A stretch of DNA of 64,000 nucleotides, taken from Oculina patagonica (Eukaryota). Position 1 is the first letter of the stretch; every line of letters starts with the position of its first letter. This document shows positions 12,879 through 25,200 of this stretch, piece after piece. The translations under genes were made by a program, and so were the position numbers. The DNA lies in NCBI RefSeq assembly GCF_052425735.1, contig NC_135769.1, positions 23,312,001 to 23,376,000 on the forward strand. The letters run 5' to 3'. A model generated the notes under the pieces. The model was not told where the DNA came from, ran no database searches, and worked only from the letters and a program-made list of their open reading frames with translations.

Positions 12879-13186
12879 CTCAGCACCGAAAGATCTTTTT
12901 GGTCCTAACTATATTACGTGCAGTCGACAAGTCATGTCATGCAACTTCGATATTTTATACTGTTGGTACGGACTTCCCGTGGCGGACCCATTTAGATTAC
13001 TCCTTTTCTGATAACAATCTTTATCCTGAGCGGGTTAAGATAGAGTTTAACTGATAGAAGCTGAGAAAGGTCCAGAATTGACGCGTGTTTAATTATAAAT
13101 AGCTAAGATCTGCAAGTTACTGATAATGACGCTGCTAGCTCGAGGAAGGGGCTGAAATTTTAACCGGGCGATATTATCGGTATTAA

Positions 13187-13732
13187 GGGCCTGATTACAT
13201 GAGCCGGGCTGGCCCGGCTAGCCGGGCTGGCTCGGTTTGCCGAGATGACTTTCAGCCCGGTATTACATGAGCCCGGTTAGCCGGGCTGGCCCGGTTTGCC
13301 GAGATGACTTTCAGCCCGGTTTTGGAATAAATGATCAGAGCACGAATGATCTTTAATCACCTTTTTCCGGCAATAAAAAAATTATTTGGTGGTTAATTTT
13401 TTGCACTTATGCATCTGGATGGGTTACTTTACCTCTACATCCTATTTAGAAGGACTTGCATTGATTTTTTCGTCAGATATTGTGCTCAGAAGAGAAATTT
13501 AATGCTGGCCCGCTTAGCCGGGCTGGCCCGGTGAACGCGATTACATGGAAAATTTTCATCCCGGCTAGCCGAGATCCCGGCATCGCGATACCGGGATCTC
13601 GGCTAACCGGGCTGGCCCGGTTGTCATGTAATCGCGAAGTTGATTTTTGTTGCGTTTAACAGACGTGCCGAGATCTCGGCAAACCGAGCCAGCCCGGCTA
13701 GCCGGGCCAGCCCGGCTCATGTAATCAGGCCC
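13187..13732. mobile_element. PIF/Harbinger-type MITE
   Basis: TIRs GGGCCTGATTACATGAGCCGGGCTGGCCCGG; TAA TSD. Confidence 0.9.
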
Positions 13733-14982
13733 TAAGAGGCCGGTCCCCTGTTTTAGACCAAGTTAAAGAAAAAAATATGTGTTTCGTCCGGATTTCTATA
13801 AAAAAAGAGAGCGGGCGGTCGCTTTTTTTATGTTATTTGTTATCATGTCCTCCATCGACAAATTCTCCAGAGGCAAACTTGTTAAATAAATCCTGACCTC
13901 TCCAGTACGGACCTAGCGTGCCGAGGCTTAACAATTTTGGCCTCATTTCGTATTAAAACGCAGACAAAGGCCATGTCTTATGAAATTACCCACAGCAAGA
14001 AAGCAAGAAGACAAAGTGTTTTCCGTTGCCAGTTTTTCGACATACTAACTTTCATATAACAAAAATAGGAACAAATTTCAGTTTAACAGTGTTCCATTAA
14101 TGTAAACAGATAAAAATAGTTATTCTACTTCTCTAAAACATTCCGTGACTTACCGGCCTGACTCAGGTAAACGCTATAACCCTTGTAGTGACAAACAAGA
14201 CTGCAAGGCTGATCATACTACGTGAAGCCCCACTTACTAAAAATGTTTGCAAGAATTTTCTTTACCGACACAACCCTCTGCAGCCGTTCATCTTAAGCAA
14301 GTGGGGCTTGCTTGATTTTTTCCCGGTGCTTTCTTGTTCAAGATTTTCTTCTCCTACTCTTATCTTGTGCAATATTTTTTAGCACCGTTCACCAATGCTG
14401 ACAAAAAAAGGTTTTAGTACTCAGAAAAATTGCCCCCTCCCCAATAGCCTGCGCTGCAGACGAACAAAACCCGGTGTTTTGTTCGTCTGCAATGCAGGGT
14501 TCTTCCCCAACCCTCTCAAAAAATTAAACAATCCTTCCTTTGATCTCCTTTTGAGATCAAAGAAAGCTCGAGCCACGCCCAGATTGGTCTCAATGGGTTT
14601 AAATTTAAATTTCGAGAGATTCCCCGTCCCTTCACGCATGAGGAAGTCCCCCGGGCTTTATGGTAACAAGACACAATTTAATATTTTCTGAACTTCACAC
14701 CAATGTTCCACCGGTTTTTTTAATGTCCCCGTGGTCGAAAATCAATTTTAATAGTCAGTTACGTCAGTAATATGAAAACTTTTATTGACAGAAACAGATT
14801 TAAATAGCTACAATATGTATAAGTGAAATCGTACTGAATCAAGAACCCTATCCCGCGATATAATGACAAAACAGTGCATACATTTTTTGCAAGCTAAGGT
14901 AATTACAATGAACTGCACGCGCGTTTCTGATTTACAATGTGTCGACTTCCGAACCTTCTCCTGAAACGTTTTTGTCTCTAAC

Positions 14983-17102
14983 CTAAGCCGGGCTCTGTTT
15001 TTTGCTAACGAGCCAAATCTCGTTGTGTCGGTTACGAAACTTCCTGGGGCCGTCATACCCGGCAGAATACATCATATCAGTTTGGAAATCGTCAGCTAGA
15101 CCATCCCTCTTCAGTGCTTTCACCAGAGCATTGTAGTGTTGTCCGACCTTCTTTATATTAGAGTATCCTCCATACACCCTGACATAGGCACAGAATGGCT
15201 TGACAACAGTCAGATGGACATTATCTTCAGACGGAGCTGGAGCGTCCTTCTGATGTTTTAAAGGGATAAAGAAACTCACGGTGAAGTTGTTCTTGAAGAA
15301 GGATTCGGATTTTGGGTCTTGGGTCGGGTCTAGCTGGATTTGGTTTGTTACAGGTACTGTCATCTTTATCTTCATTTTTTCCTCGTTGGCACCTTGAATG
15401 TATTCGAAAAGTCTCCAGAAGGCAGTTCGGCCGGCTTGTCTGTAGGTTTCGCCTAGAAAATGGATAGCAAATTGCATGATTTATTAATTGTTACATGTTC
15501 CCTGGGTTTTACTAGTATAATGTAAGCATAAGGATTAGCCCAAGCATAATAATTCATACAGACGTTGGAAGGTTTAAATTATAAAGTATCACAAAGATGA
15601 AATTAAGCAAGCATAATAATTCATACAAGCGCTGGAAGGTTTAAATTATATAGTATCACAAAGATGAAATTACTTTTCAATTTAAGATTCATTTTATACA
15701 TGTAGCGAGTTTGTATCAAAACTAACTGCCTTAAATATTGTTAACTTTATTACTATTTGTGTCCCTTATATCTCTACACTCAAATAAAGTTAATTTCTTA
15801 ATTATGTTCTTAGTCTTTATTTTACAGTAGAGGAAGGTATTAAATTATCTAAGAAATAATCCACTATAAAGGAACACGGAGATACGTCTCGATGGACGAA
15901 GATTTTTCGTACTTTGCTCGCAATTAAGTTTTCTCCCTTCAAACAAAGAAGCAAGGAAACCTGATGTTGTTGTCACTCCGTCCCTCTTAGGACTTCATCA
16001 ATACCGTATTTATTCGATTAAGGGCCCAACCTCGAATAAGCGCCACCCTGACGGTAGAAAAAGTTTAAAAAGCGCCCAGGCTCGAATAATTAAGCGCCCA
16101 CCCCCACCCCACAAAAAAAGTGAAGTGCAGAAGAGGAGCTAAGAGGAGTAGTGATTATTGAAATTGACTAAATGCTACTAAGAGACCGAGTTTTCTTAGT
16201 ATTTTACAGAAACTTGTAATGAACAGCTAAAATTCTGCTTTGGTGCGTCTTCACGTTTTGTTATTATTTATTGTTTTGTGACAAAATAAACTTCTGACTA
16301 CTTGCTGAAAATGGTGAAAATTAAACAAGCGCCCAGCCTCGAATAAGCGCCCACCTCGAATAAGCTCCAACCACAGGCAGACCACCCTATGTGTTCGTGG
16401 TTAATAATTGTTGACAAAGGTCATATGTTGAAATCAATGGCGTGTATAGAAGACATATAGAGAAACATTGTCAAGAGAAACAAAAATAACGCCTTAAAGG
16501 GCTCGGGGTGGCAAAAAAACATGACACAAGACTCATTCAACGTTTCATCTAACTTTTATTGAATCATTTAGAGTAGATTTTATATTTTGTAGTAAATCGA
16601 AGCCGAGATAATGTTTCTCTATATGTCTTCTATACACGCCATTGATTTCAACATGTGGCCTTTGTCAACAATTATTAACCACGAACACATAGGGTGGTCT
16701 GCCTGTGCTCCAACTCTCAAGGTCCAAAAATGTAAATAGCGCCCAGGGCGCTTTATTGAATAAATATGGTATCTCACCTGTAACAATAGTGGAGACCCAG
16801 CGATACGATTTGGGATAACATCGCAATTTGTAGTCTGACGCGTTCAGCTTCATTTCATAGAAATCTGGACAGTCGCTGGAGCCACAGAATGTTGGACGCG
16901 ATTTCTTGCCAGAGGGTTCAACATAGGGCTTAGGCGACTCTGTTCCTGATTTGAGAAATGGGAGCTTGGAAAGGATTTTTTCTGCGATGGAAGGAATATT
17001 AATCTTCTTGTATGGAAGTTTACCAAATAACTTCCCAAAGTCTGGAAATCTGGCGTCTGTAGAGACCAGGAGGACCACAAGAAGTGGAAAAACCAGCTTC
17101 AT
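14983..17102 (-). CDS. SOUL/heme-binding protein 2-like, with signal peptide (264 aa)
   Basis: Exons 17102-16778 and 15452-14983 total 795 nt, in frame. SOUL motifs P.FC...DCP, YKLRCY..WVST, AFWRLFEYIQGANE..KIKMTVPV, SFFIP, YVRVYGGY, AGYDGP..RHNEIW. Hydrophobic N-terminus MKLVFPLLVVLLVSTDA. A splice acceptor directly before the ATG implies an upstream 5'UTR exon. Confidence 0.93.
15541..15672. repeat. tandem duplication of about 67 bp in the SOUL intron
   Basis: CAAGCATAATAATTCATACA...TATCACAAAGATGAAATTA occurs twice in tandem. Confidence 0.8.
16004..16769. mobile_element. Tc1/mariner-type MITE (TA TSD) containing a nested MITE at 16372-16707
   Basis: Outer element TA|CCGTATTTATTC...GAATAAATATGG|TA. 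Inner element has about 95-bp TIRs CACAGGCAGACCACCC... and a 7-bp TSD CTCCAAC. Confidence 0.82.
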
Positions 17103-17691
17103 CTACAAAAACAAAACAAAAAACCACGCATATGAATGAGATGACATATCAAAACTCATCTAGCTTTTTCTCTCAGCCCACACCGACGAGTATGCATAAT
17201 GGCCTTCCGAAAAAATAAAGTAACAAGGGAGCCCTTCTTAAACCTTTAGCGTGATTATTGCGTGACAAGCCCCGAGAGTGTGTGACACTCCCGTGATAAC
17301 TTTCAGGTGAATCACATTTGAGCAAAAGCCATAACCTTTCAATGCAGGGTGCTAAATACTTTCACTATTTTAAAATTCAAGTCCAAAATTTTTAAGGAAT
17401 GGGTCGCAAAATTTGGGATACAGGAGGGCTTAAAATAACGAAGAAAATGACTGTAATTTACACGTTCATCAGCTGCTGCGTTGTAGCTTTGGCGTTACAA
17501 AAACATTAAGACCGGCTCAAGAGTGACCAAAATCAAATTTCTCCTCACAATCAGGAGAAGAGGTTATAAGAATTAACAAAATCATCACCACTCGCATGTC
17601 ATTATCACACAACAGGCTAAGCGGTCACGAATAAACACCCAAAGAAGCCGCCCTCTAAATGAAATCACGCTAAGATGCCTTTCCACTTTGA

Positions 17692-18746
17692 TTACGTAAC
17701 TGAAAGATTTTGTACGGATACCATGTTTATATGTTTCTTAATATTTTGGCTTATACAGTGCTTCTGATAATAATAACGGTTTTTAATCTAGACTTTGTGG
17801 GGTGCGCGGCCGTTTTTACGCCCTATGCCTCTTCAATACGGTATTTTCTAGTGTTTATGCTGCAACAAAAAAGGTTACAAATGAAAAAGAAAATGGTATC
17901 AACCGACAGATCGCACGTTTTGCTTTGATGACAGGGGCTGCAATAGTCCAAATTTAAGTTAAGATGCATGTTATTCGGAAATATCCATTGGAACTCAAGT
18001 GCTTGATATGGATTACGTAACCTATTAGTCTATTACGCATTCAACGACGACAGAACTTGCAAATAACGCAATTCCGATTTCAGTATTTCCTCAGTAAAAT
18101 ATCTAAACAGTACATGAGTGCTCCGCTGAATGAAAACTAACTACCCACCTTTAAAGCCATTTGGGGTTCGTTGTTCTTTTCTCTGACTTTCGTGCAGGAA
18201 GGCTTTCAACTGAACAAACAACTTCGGTCCGAGCCTTTATAAGAGCGCGTCACGTGACACTGGCCTGGAGAATTTCTCGTGCACGTGCACGCGGCGCATT
18301 TACCTTGAGTTTTCTCCCGGTGCGTTTCAATTCACATAACAATCTCATGCACGTGTTGAGAACAATGAGCCTTTTAGCCAGCTGAAGGCTGAAGTCATGC
18401 AAAGAATAAACTAAATCTTTAGAGGTCTATGCGACACCTATTTGCGTGTTATAAAATGTAATCAGTCAAGGTAATCTTGCCGCGAATTTAATAAGTAAAA
18501 CATTCACGCCACGCTAAACGGCAATCGATTTCGAAGGCCCGGATCACGGGAACGCAGTTTAATACATCACGCGAAACCACTAGCAACACGTTTCTTTTCA
18601 CGTTGTCTGCAACTTTGTCACTTATGTAATATATTCATTACTTGATCATTACGTAACTTATCTGCGATCACCTTTATACATGGTCGCGTGCCCCACTAAA
18701 AGCAGAGGGTTGTTTGTAGATTACGTAATTTATTCCTATACGTAAC
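17692..18746 (-). promoter_or_regulatory. D-box (TTAYGTAA) / E-box (CACGTG) cluster with TATA box, putative SOUL promoter/enhancer
   Basis: TTACGTAA at 17692, 18013, 18649 and 18721; TTATGTAA at 18622; near-match at 18738. CACGTG at 18251, 18282 and 18350. Minus-strand TATAAA at 18236-18241 and a possible 5'UTR splice donor at about 18148. Confidence 0.6.
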
Positions 18747-18788
18747 TTACACCATTCATGTCACAGGATTTTGCAGAGGCCTTCGTTC

Positions 18789-19089
18789 AGGGTCTGGAAT
18801 TGGAAGGGTATTTTCGGGATCCGGGATTTGACCAAAATACGGTGCGGGATTCGGGAAAACGCAAAATATCTTGACGAGATTCGGGATTCGACTGCTTCCA
18901 AGCAAGCGGGATAGGCACGGGATGCGGGATTTTTTGCCTGTCTGTCGGGAATTTGGGAAATTGTCACAACTCGAATAAACCTTCGAGCAGAGAAAGCGAA
19001 TCAACCTGGCCGGAGCTAAGTTGTGTGAGATGCGGGATTCGCGTGAAAAAGGAGCGGGAACGCGGGATTAGGACCCCTCTTCCAGATCC
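18789..19089. mobile_element. MITE with internal GCGGGA(T) repeats
   Basis: AGGGTCTGGAA...TTCCAGATCCT imperfect TIRs with multiple CGGGAT units inside. Confidence 0.6.
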
Positions 19090-20097
19090 TGTTCGTTCTG
19101 TACTTTCGATAGGGTTATGTTCAAAACGAAGACCCTGGTCTAATTCGTTGAAATAATCTCAAATCTTGTTGCTCCTTGTTTCTGCTTCGATCGACAATAA
19201 TGATCAAGATTTTGCTGTCCGTCTTTACTGTTTTATTTGCAGCTACGTATGCAGTATTTTATCTTTATCTTTCTTTTTTGGCCTTTCTCTTGTAAATATG
19301 CGCACACGAAACTCAAGTGACCACAGGCGAGTTTCAGTTTCTTGTTTTAATTCACAGTTGAGCTGCGCGCTCATGATGAGTCGGGACAAGTTATGACCTC
19401 CGGCATGAAGATAGTTTGTCGATATTTTGACACAAAAATAACACCGAATTTCGGTTAAACAGTGTTTAGCCAATCTGGAAAAATGAAAAAGTAATTTTAG
19501 CTCTCTTAAATACTCCGTCACTAACACCAGGTCAACTTCCTACGCAGAATTAGAATATGTCCCGGGGGGGGGGGGGCTCCCCTATAATGGCCTATACGGG
19601 GAGGTTCCGCCCGAAAGGGTACCTTTTTAAGGCTTCAGGTATATAAAAGGGTAGGGATTTTACAAGTTTAGGTACACGAAAGGGTATGGAAATCTGTCAT
19701 TTAGGCTTTAAAAAGGGCCTTTGATTAAAATATTTCGAATTTATGGTTGTATTTTTTTTAAAAAAAATTGTTAAGCGCTTCATGAAAATGACCAGAAATC
19801 GTCGTGTTCTAAGTCTATGCCAGATCATTAAGGTATATAAAAGGGGTACCTTTTTCAGCAGAAAAAAGAAAACAGTACCAGAGAACTTAAATGTACCGTA
19901 ACTGATAAGACGCGACTCGTGTTTTTAGTCTTTTTAATTGATAGCAGAGATCAAAGATCTGCAAAATTAAATTTAATGATAGCTGAATGAACTGATACCT
20001 GAGAGAGTCGTAAGAAATCGCCGGAATTTCAACTGATAACCGAGATTGCAGCACGCCCATGCATCCAGACCATAACGAAGATGTTTCGCCAAGATAA

Positions 20098-21886
20098 GGG
20101 ACTGGTCAATAAGTACAGGGGGGGGGGGGGGGGGGTGGGCCGGAGCAGAAAGGGGGTGGGTCATCAGTTTTTGAGCCCTCGAAAAGGGGTGGGTTACCGT
20201 AAAAACCCGCAGATAAGCCGCACCTTTTTTCCAAAAATTTTCGCTCGATAGCGGGTGTGCGGCTTATCTGCGGGAACATTCGGAAAAGGTGCCGTAAATT
20301 TTCGTTAACTGATGCTAATTTATGGAAAATTATGTAAATTAATATAACATAAAACTACAAGAGAGTACCGGTCATTGCTTTTGCAAGTTTGACAGCTCCT
20401 ATACTGTTAGCAGTGTCGACAATGGCATTTAACTTTAACAGTAATATTGATACTTTACGAGCGAGAAAATACCACGAGTATTCACGAGTAAGATGGCCAA
20501 TTGTTTCTTTCTCCTTTTGCACTTCGATGGAAAATTTGTCGAACTGATTACGAAACTCTCTTCATGCAACGAGTTTATCTCCAATAGATGGCTCCCAAAT
20601 GTCTTTAATTTGTCGATATGATAGCCACGATACCCGAACGCCTCCATCGCCATCTTGTTTTGCTTTACGTTCTCGCCCTAGTCCCACATTTCGCGTCCGA
20701 TCAAATGCCTGGTTACTAAGCTACGAACGTTCGGCAAACGCAAGTTCTTGTTGTTGTCACACAAAAATCCATGGAAAAACTGCGTTGAATGAAGAAATAC
20801 CTGTCAACAAATGCCAGAAGATCACCCATAATATGTCAAAGTTGGTTTTCATTATATTAAAGAGCTCAAATTGTGGGTAAGACTGAAGTATTCTTCTGTT
20901 TCAATGTTCATTGAGTTTACGTTCGATGAAGAAGACTTCCTAAAGACTCAACTTTGGATTTTTGACTCGACTTTGGATTTTCTTTGATTTACTTTCAAAA
21001 AACTTTTTTCCAACATTTGAGTTCTTAAACTCAGGGTGCGGCTTATCTGCGGGTGCGGCTTATCCGCGGGTGTTCACGGTATGTAGTTTTGATCTACACG
21101 TAGGGGGTGGGTCATCTTATTTATTCACTAACTTTTAACTGTTATATTTCCAAGAAAAGTTGTATTCATCAGTATATAAAATTGATAAATTTCTCCATTT
21201 AAGCAGTTTTAAATGAATTTCTAGCGATTTTAAAAGGCCCAAATATAAAAATTTCCCGGGGGAGCATGCCCCCTGACCCCCCTAGATGGCTTGTAATCAT
21301 ATCATCAGTTTTACCTGACTCTCTTCAACCTGCATAGATTCAAACTGGGCTTTAGGCCTTTTAATACCAGTAAACTGTTTTCTCAAATAATTTGCAAATA
21401 TGAATGACTGACAGTGGTTGTATTTTATGTTATTAATTTCTGTATAAAAATATGAACTCTTCAGTAATTGATTATGAATTAATATCATATACTGATTCAG
21501 TTTCCCCATGGACTTCACACACAAATATGTGGAAAACTTACAAAAGGCTAGTATGAGAAGTGATAAATTCATCCTTCTTTGGTGTGCAAGAAATGGAAAA
21601 AGACGTACATGGAACATCAGTGTCCATCAGGGAAATGTCTATGTAAGGAATTTCACTTTAAAAGCTGAAGTCAAATAAAAAATCTCCAACCCCTAACAGA
21701 TGTAAAAGAAATGATAGGCCCCTTGATTTTTTTTAGCAAAGGGGGGTGGGTCATGTAATTTTCAACCGCTTGTTAGGGGTGGGTTAGTCAGTTTTGAGCC
21801 AGACGGAAGTGGTGGGTCACAAATTTTCGAGCCACCACTTTTCCAATTGCTCCGGCCCACCCCCCTGATACTTAATGATCAGTCCC
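20098..21886. mobile_element. Harbinger-like non-autonomous element containing a nested TA-TSD MITE (20197-21079)
   Basis: Outer TIR GGGACTG(G/A)TCA..AAGTA..GGGGGTGGGCCGGAGCA with TAA TSD. Inner element TA|CCGTAAAAACCCGC...GTTCACGG|TA. Confidence 0.82.
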
Positions 21887-22215
21887 TAAAAAGAAATTCA
21901 ACAAGATACCCCGCAACGATTTGCCCTGAACATGATCTGCAGAGATTTGGCTGGGTTTGAACTTAAATGTTCCAAAATACATTTATGTTAATCGTGCATA
22001 CTGAACTGTTTTTGCAGAATAGTGGCTTTTTGTTTTTGTAATATTATAATACATCTTTTAAAATTATGTTTGAAGTTTTAAACAAAAAAAAAATGTTTTT
22101 TTGAACAGCTAGAAAAGACTGGAAACACGTGTGCGTGCGTCTTTTAAAAGTAACGCAAGTCTTTGCGTAAGAAGCGTTGCGTGACGAAATAAAAACGGCT
22201 GGAAGTCAAGCAAAG

Positions 22216-25200
22216 ATGGCGTCGGAACCCGTTTGTGTGGCTGATTTTGAAGACAACGCTAGGGAACTCTTACCAAAGTATGCATTTGAATATTTTGCTG
22301 CAGGAGCAAACGACGAAAACACGAAAAGGGAAAATGTGGAAGCGTTTAAAAGGTGCGTGATCTGCCTCGGGAGGGAGCATTATTAAACACATCGAACGTT
22401 CGGTCATCGAATTTTTTTTTAACCATGGAACTTAGAGGTCCCCTATTTTATAAGTTAAATGAGTCTGTGAGTCATGAGGCAATCAGTCAAGGTGATTTTC
22501 ACCCAAAGTAGGTTATTATATATTGAACCACAAATTAGATTAGAAGGTATCGATATCCGGTCCATCGGCACAGTTTGTTTATACCCGGGGAATAGAATAG
22601 CAGGGTTTGGAACGACGTTAGTTCCACTCCAAGTCATGCCAATTTGTTTGCAGTATGTTTCACTCCAGTGTGCTTGCAATTTGTTCCGATCGGGTTTACC
22701 TTATTATAGGAATATAACGAGGCATTTTAACAACGCGAACAAAATTGACGCGTAATAAAATTAACGCGAATTTAAGAAAAGTTCTGGTTAAATGTTTATA
22801 GTAAACGTGTTTATATTAATTAACATCAATAAAATTAACGCGAATTTCAAAAATTCGCGTTAATAACACGTATCGTTAATTTCCTATAATAAGGTACTTT
22901 CAGTTAGTTCTGCTTTTGTTTGTTTGCGGTTAGTGCCACCATAGGAAGAGTGGGGGACGGGTTGGACGGAAACCGGGCAAAGAAAAGACGGCAAGCGGGA
23001 TTTGCAACATTGCGTAGTATTCTGCCATAGAAATAGAACAGGGGGCATGGCCATTAAAAAATGTCTTTTACCAAAAATAAGGAGGGGTCCAGGCCCGCGC
23101 TCCGACCCTAGATCCACCACTGCAATTAAAATAAAAATATTGATACAGTAAAAACCCGCGTGTAAGAACCTAGGGATTTAAGAACCTCCCGGCAGAAATT
23201 TGCTTCCTTAATACCCCAAAAGGTTCTTATATGTGGGGTTAAACTATTTTATTTATAATACAATAACTGTATTTTATCAAAAAGGATGTCTTTAGAGATC
23301 AAGAATTGCACAGGGAAGCTAAAAAATGCCAGTAAGTACCCCAAAATATAAGAACCTGTTTTGCCAAACTCTAAAAAAGCAGGTTCTTACACGCGGGTTT
23401 TTACTGTAATTTATAGCCTTTCTCCTCTAATTATGCAAACCAAAGGGGTGACCCTGTTCAGCAGAATGCCGGAATGGGACCAATTTGATTGTTCATAATC
23501 ACTCCAGTTTTCTTGGCATTGCGGTTAGCTCTTATTTGTTGGTTACGACAATACTATAATATATACATTGTGCACATACTATTAGCAAATACACACATTG
23601 CTAGGTCCTCTGATTCAGTTTTCACAGTTCTAAAATGCACAATACACTGATTTCTGATTAGACGAATTTTATAAAATGAGAACCTGTTTCAATAGGCTAA
23701 TTTCAATATATTAAAATTTTTACTTGGCTCTAAGGTTGGTAAGCAAAACAAAAGATGTTATTTTTTTTACCCCTCAACATTGATTGATATCTTTTGTTTC
23801 ATTCCATCAAGCCTCAGAGCCAACTTAGAATTTAATATATCGAAATAAATTTTTGGCCCATTTTTGTTATTATCGCCTTCTCAATCAATCACTAGGTTCT
23901 TATATGCAGGATATTTAATACTGTATAGAAGAAAAAAAACACGGAAAGACTGTCAGGAGTATAAAACGAAACTGACCACGATCCTTTAAAATTGAACTCT
24001 TTAGGTTACGAATTAAGCCACATGTTCTCCGTGGAATCTCTCAAGTGGACATTTCCACTACAGTTCTTGGAGAAAGAATTGCTATGCCAGTTGGCATTTC
24101 ACCATCTGGAAAGCATAAACTTGCTCACCCTGACGGTGAACTGGCAACTGCGAGAGGTGAGAAATCTATATACCCTGACAACAAGATTAATAATGGTAAC
24201 AAGACCCAGTAGAAAGAGATTTGGTCTCTATTTAATTCTATGCAAGTGATTAACAAAGTTAATCACAAATTGTTATGATTTATACAGACAGAATTGGACA
24301 CCACAATAGCTCAAGTCCTGTTACCCTAATTTTATTATTGCATGATTCCAGAAAAATAATTAATATCCATACCCACCCTATGAAAGATCATTGGAAATTC
24401 CAAGGGTGTGGCAACAGGCTCGCAACAGTTACAGTATATTTCAGCTCTCATACTTTGGTGGTCAGTGCTACAAACATTTATCAGTTACCACTGCAAAAAT
24501 GTAATCAATTAAACTGCCCAAACATAGATTAAAAGATTGTGGTTATTTTCATATTGTCACTGGTAACCATAGCAATGGTATAACCTGTTTAAAACACCCT
24601 TATTTTTAGTTTTAAGTGCTTATAACTAAAAACAAGTCCGGTGACCCCAATTTTTCATTATTGAATAATGATCAGCATGTCAAGATACAATTTTGTTTGC
24701 AAAGTTAAAAAAAAATTCTCAGGAGCGATTTCACTTCCGCAAGTCCAGCAACATGGGCCCTTGCATTATGCTCTTAAGGCAAGACAATCTCACAATGTCC
24801 CTTGCAACCCATGGGGACATGCAATCTGTCAGGCCAACCTGACCAAAAAGTACATACTTACTGACTGGATTACTAATTGGAAAGACTAATTTCCCATCCG
24901 GCCAGGAAGAGTATACTCCTAATCCCTAATATGCGTCAGAAGCTGGAGGTAGGGTAAGAGCCAGCACAAGGCTCCCTTGATCCACTTTTTGTGAAAGGAG
25001 ACTTAATTGATCTGTTTCATTTACAGGTGCTGCAAAGGCAAGAACATGCATGATACTTAGCAGTGTGGGATCGACAGCTCTGGAGGATGTCGCACTTGCT
25101 GCCCCTGACTCACTCAAATGGATGCAGCTGTACATTTTAAGATCACGTGAAATGACTCGAAGTATTGTGCAACGTGCAGAGAAGGCAGGATATAGAGCAA

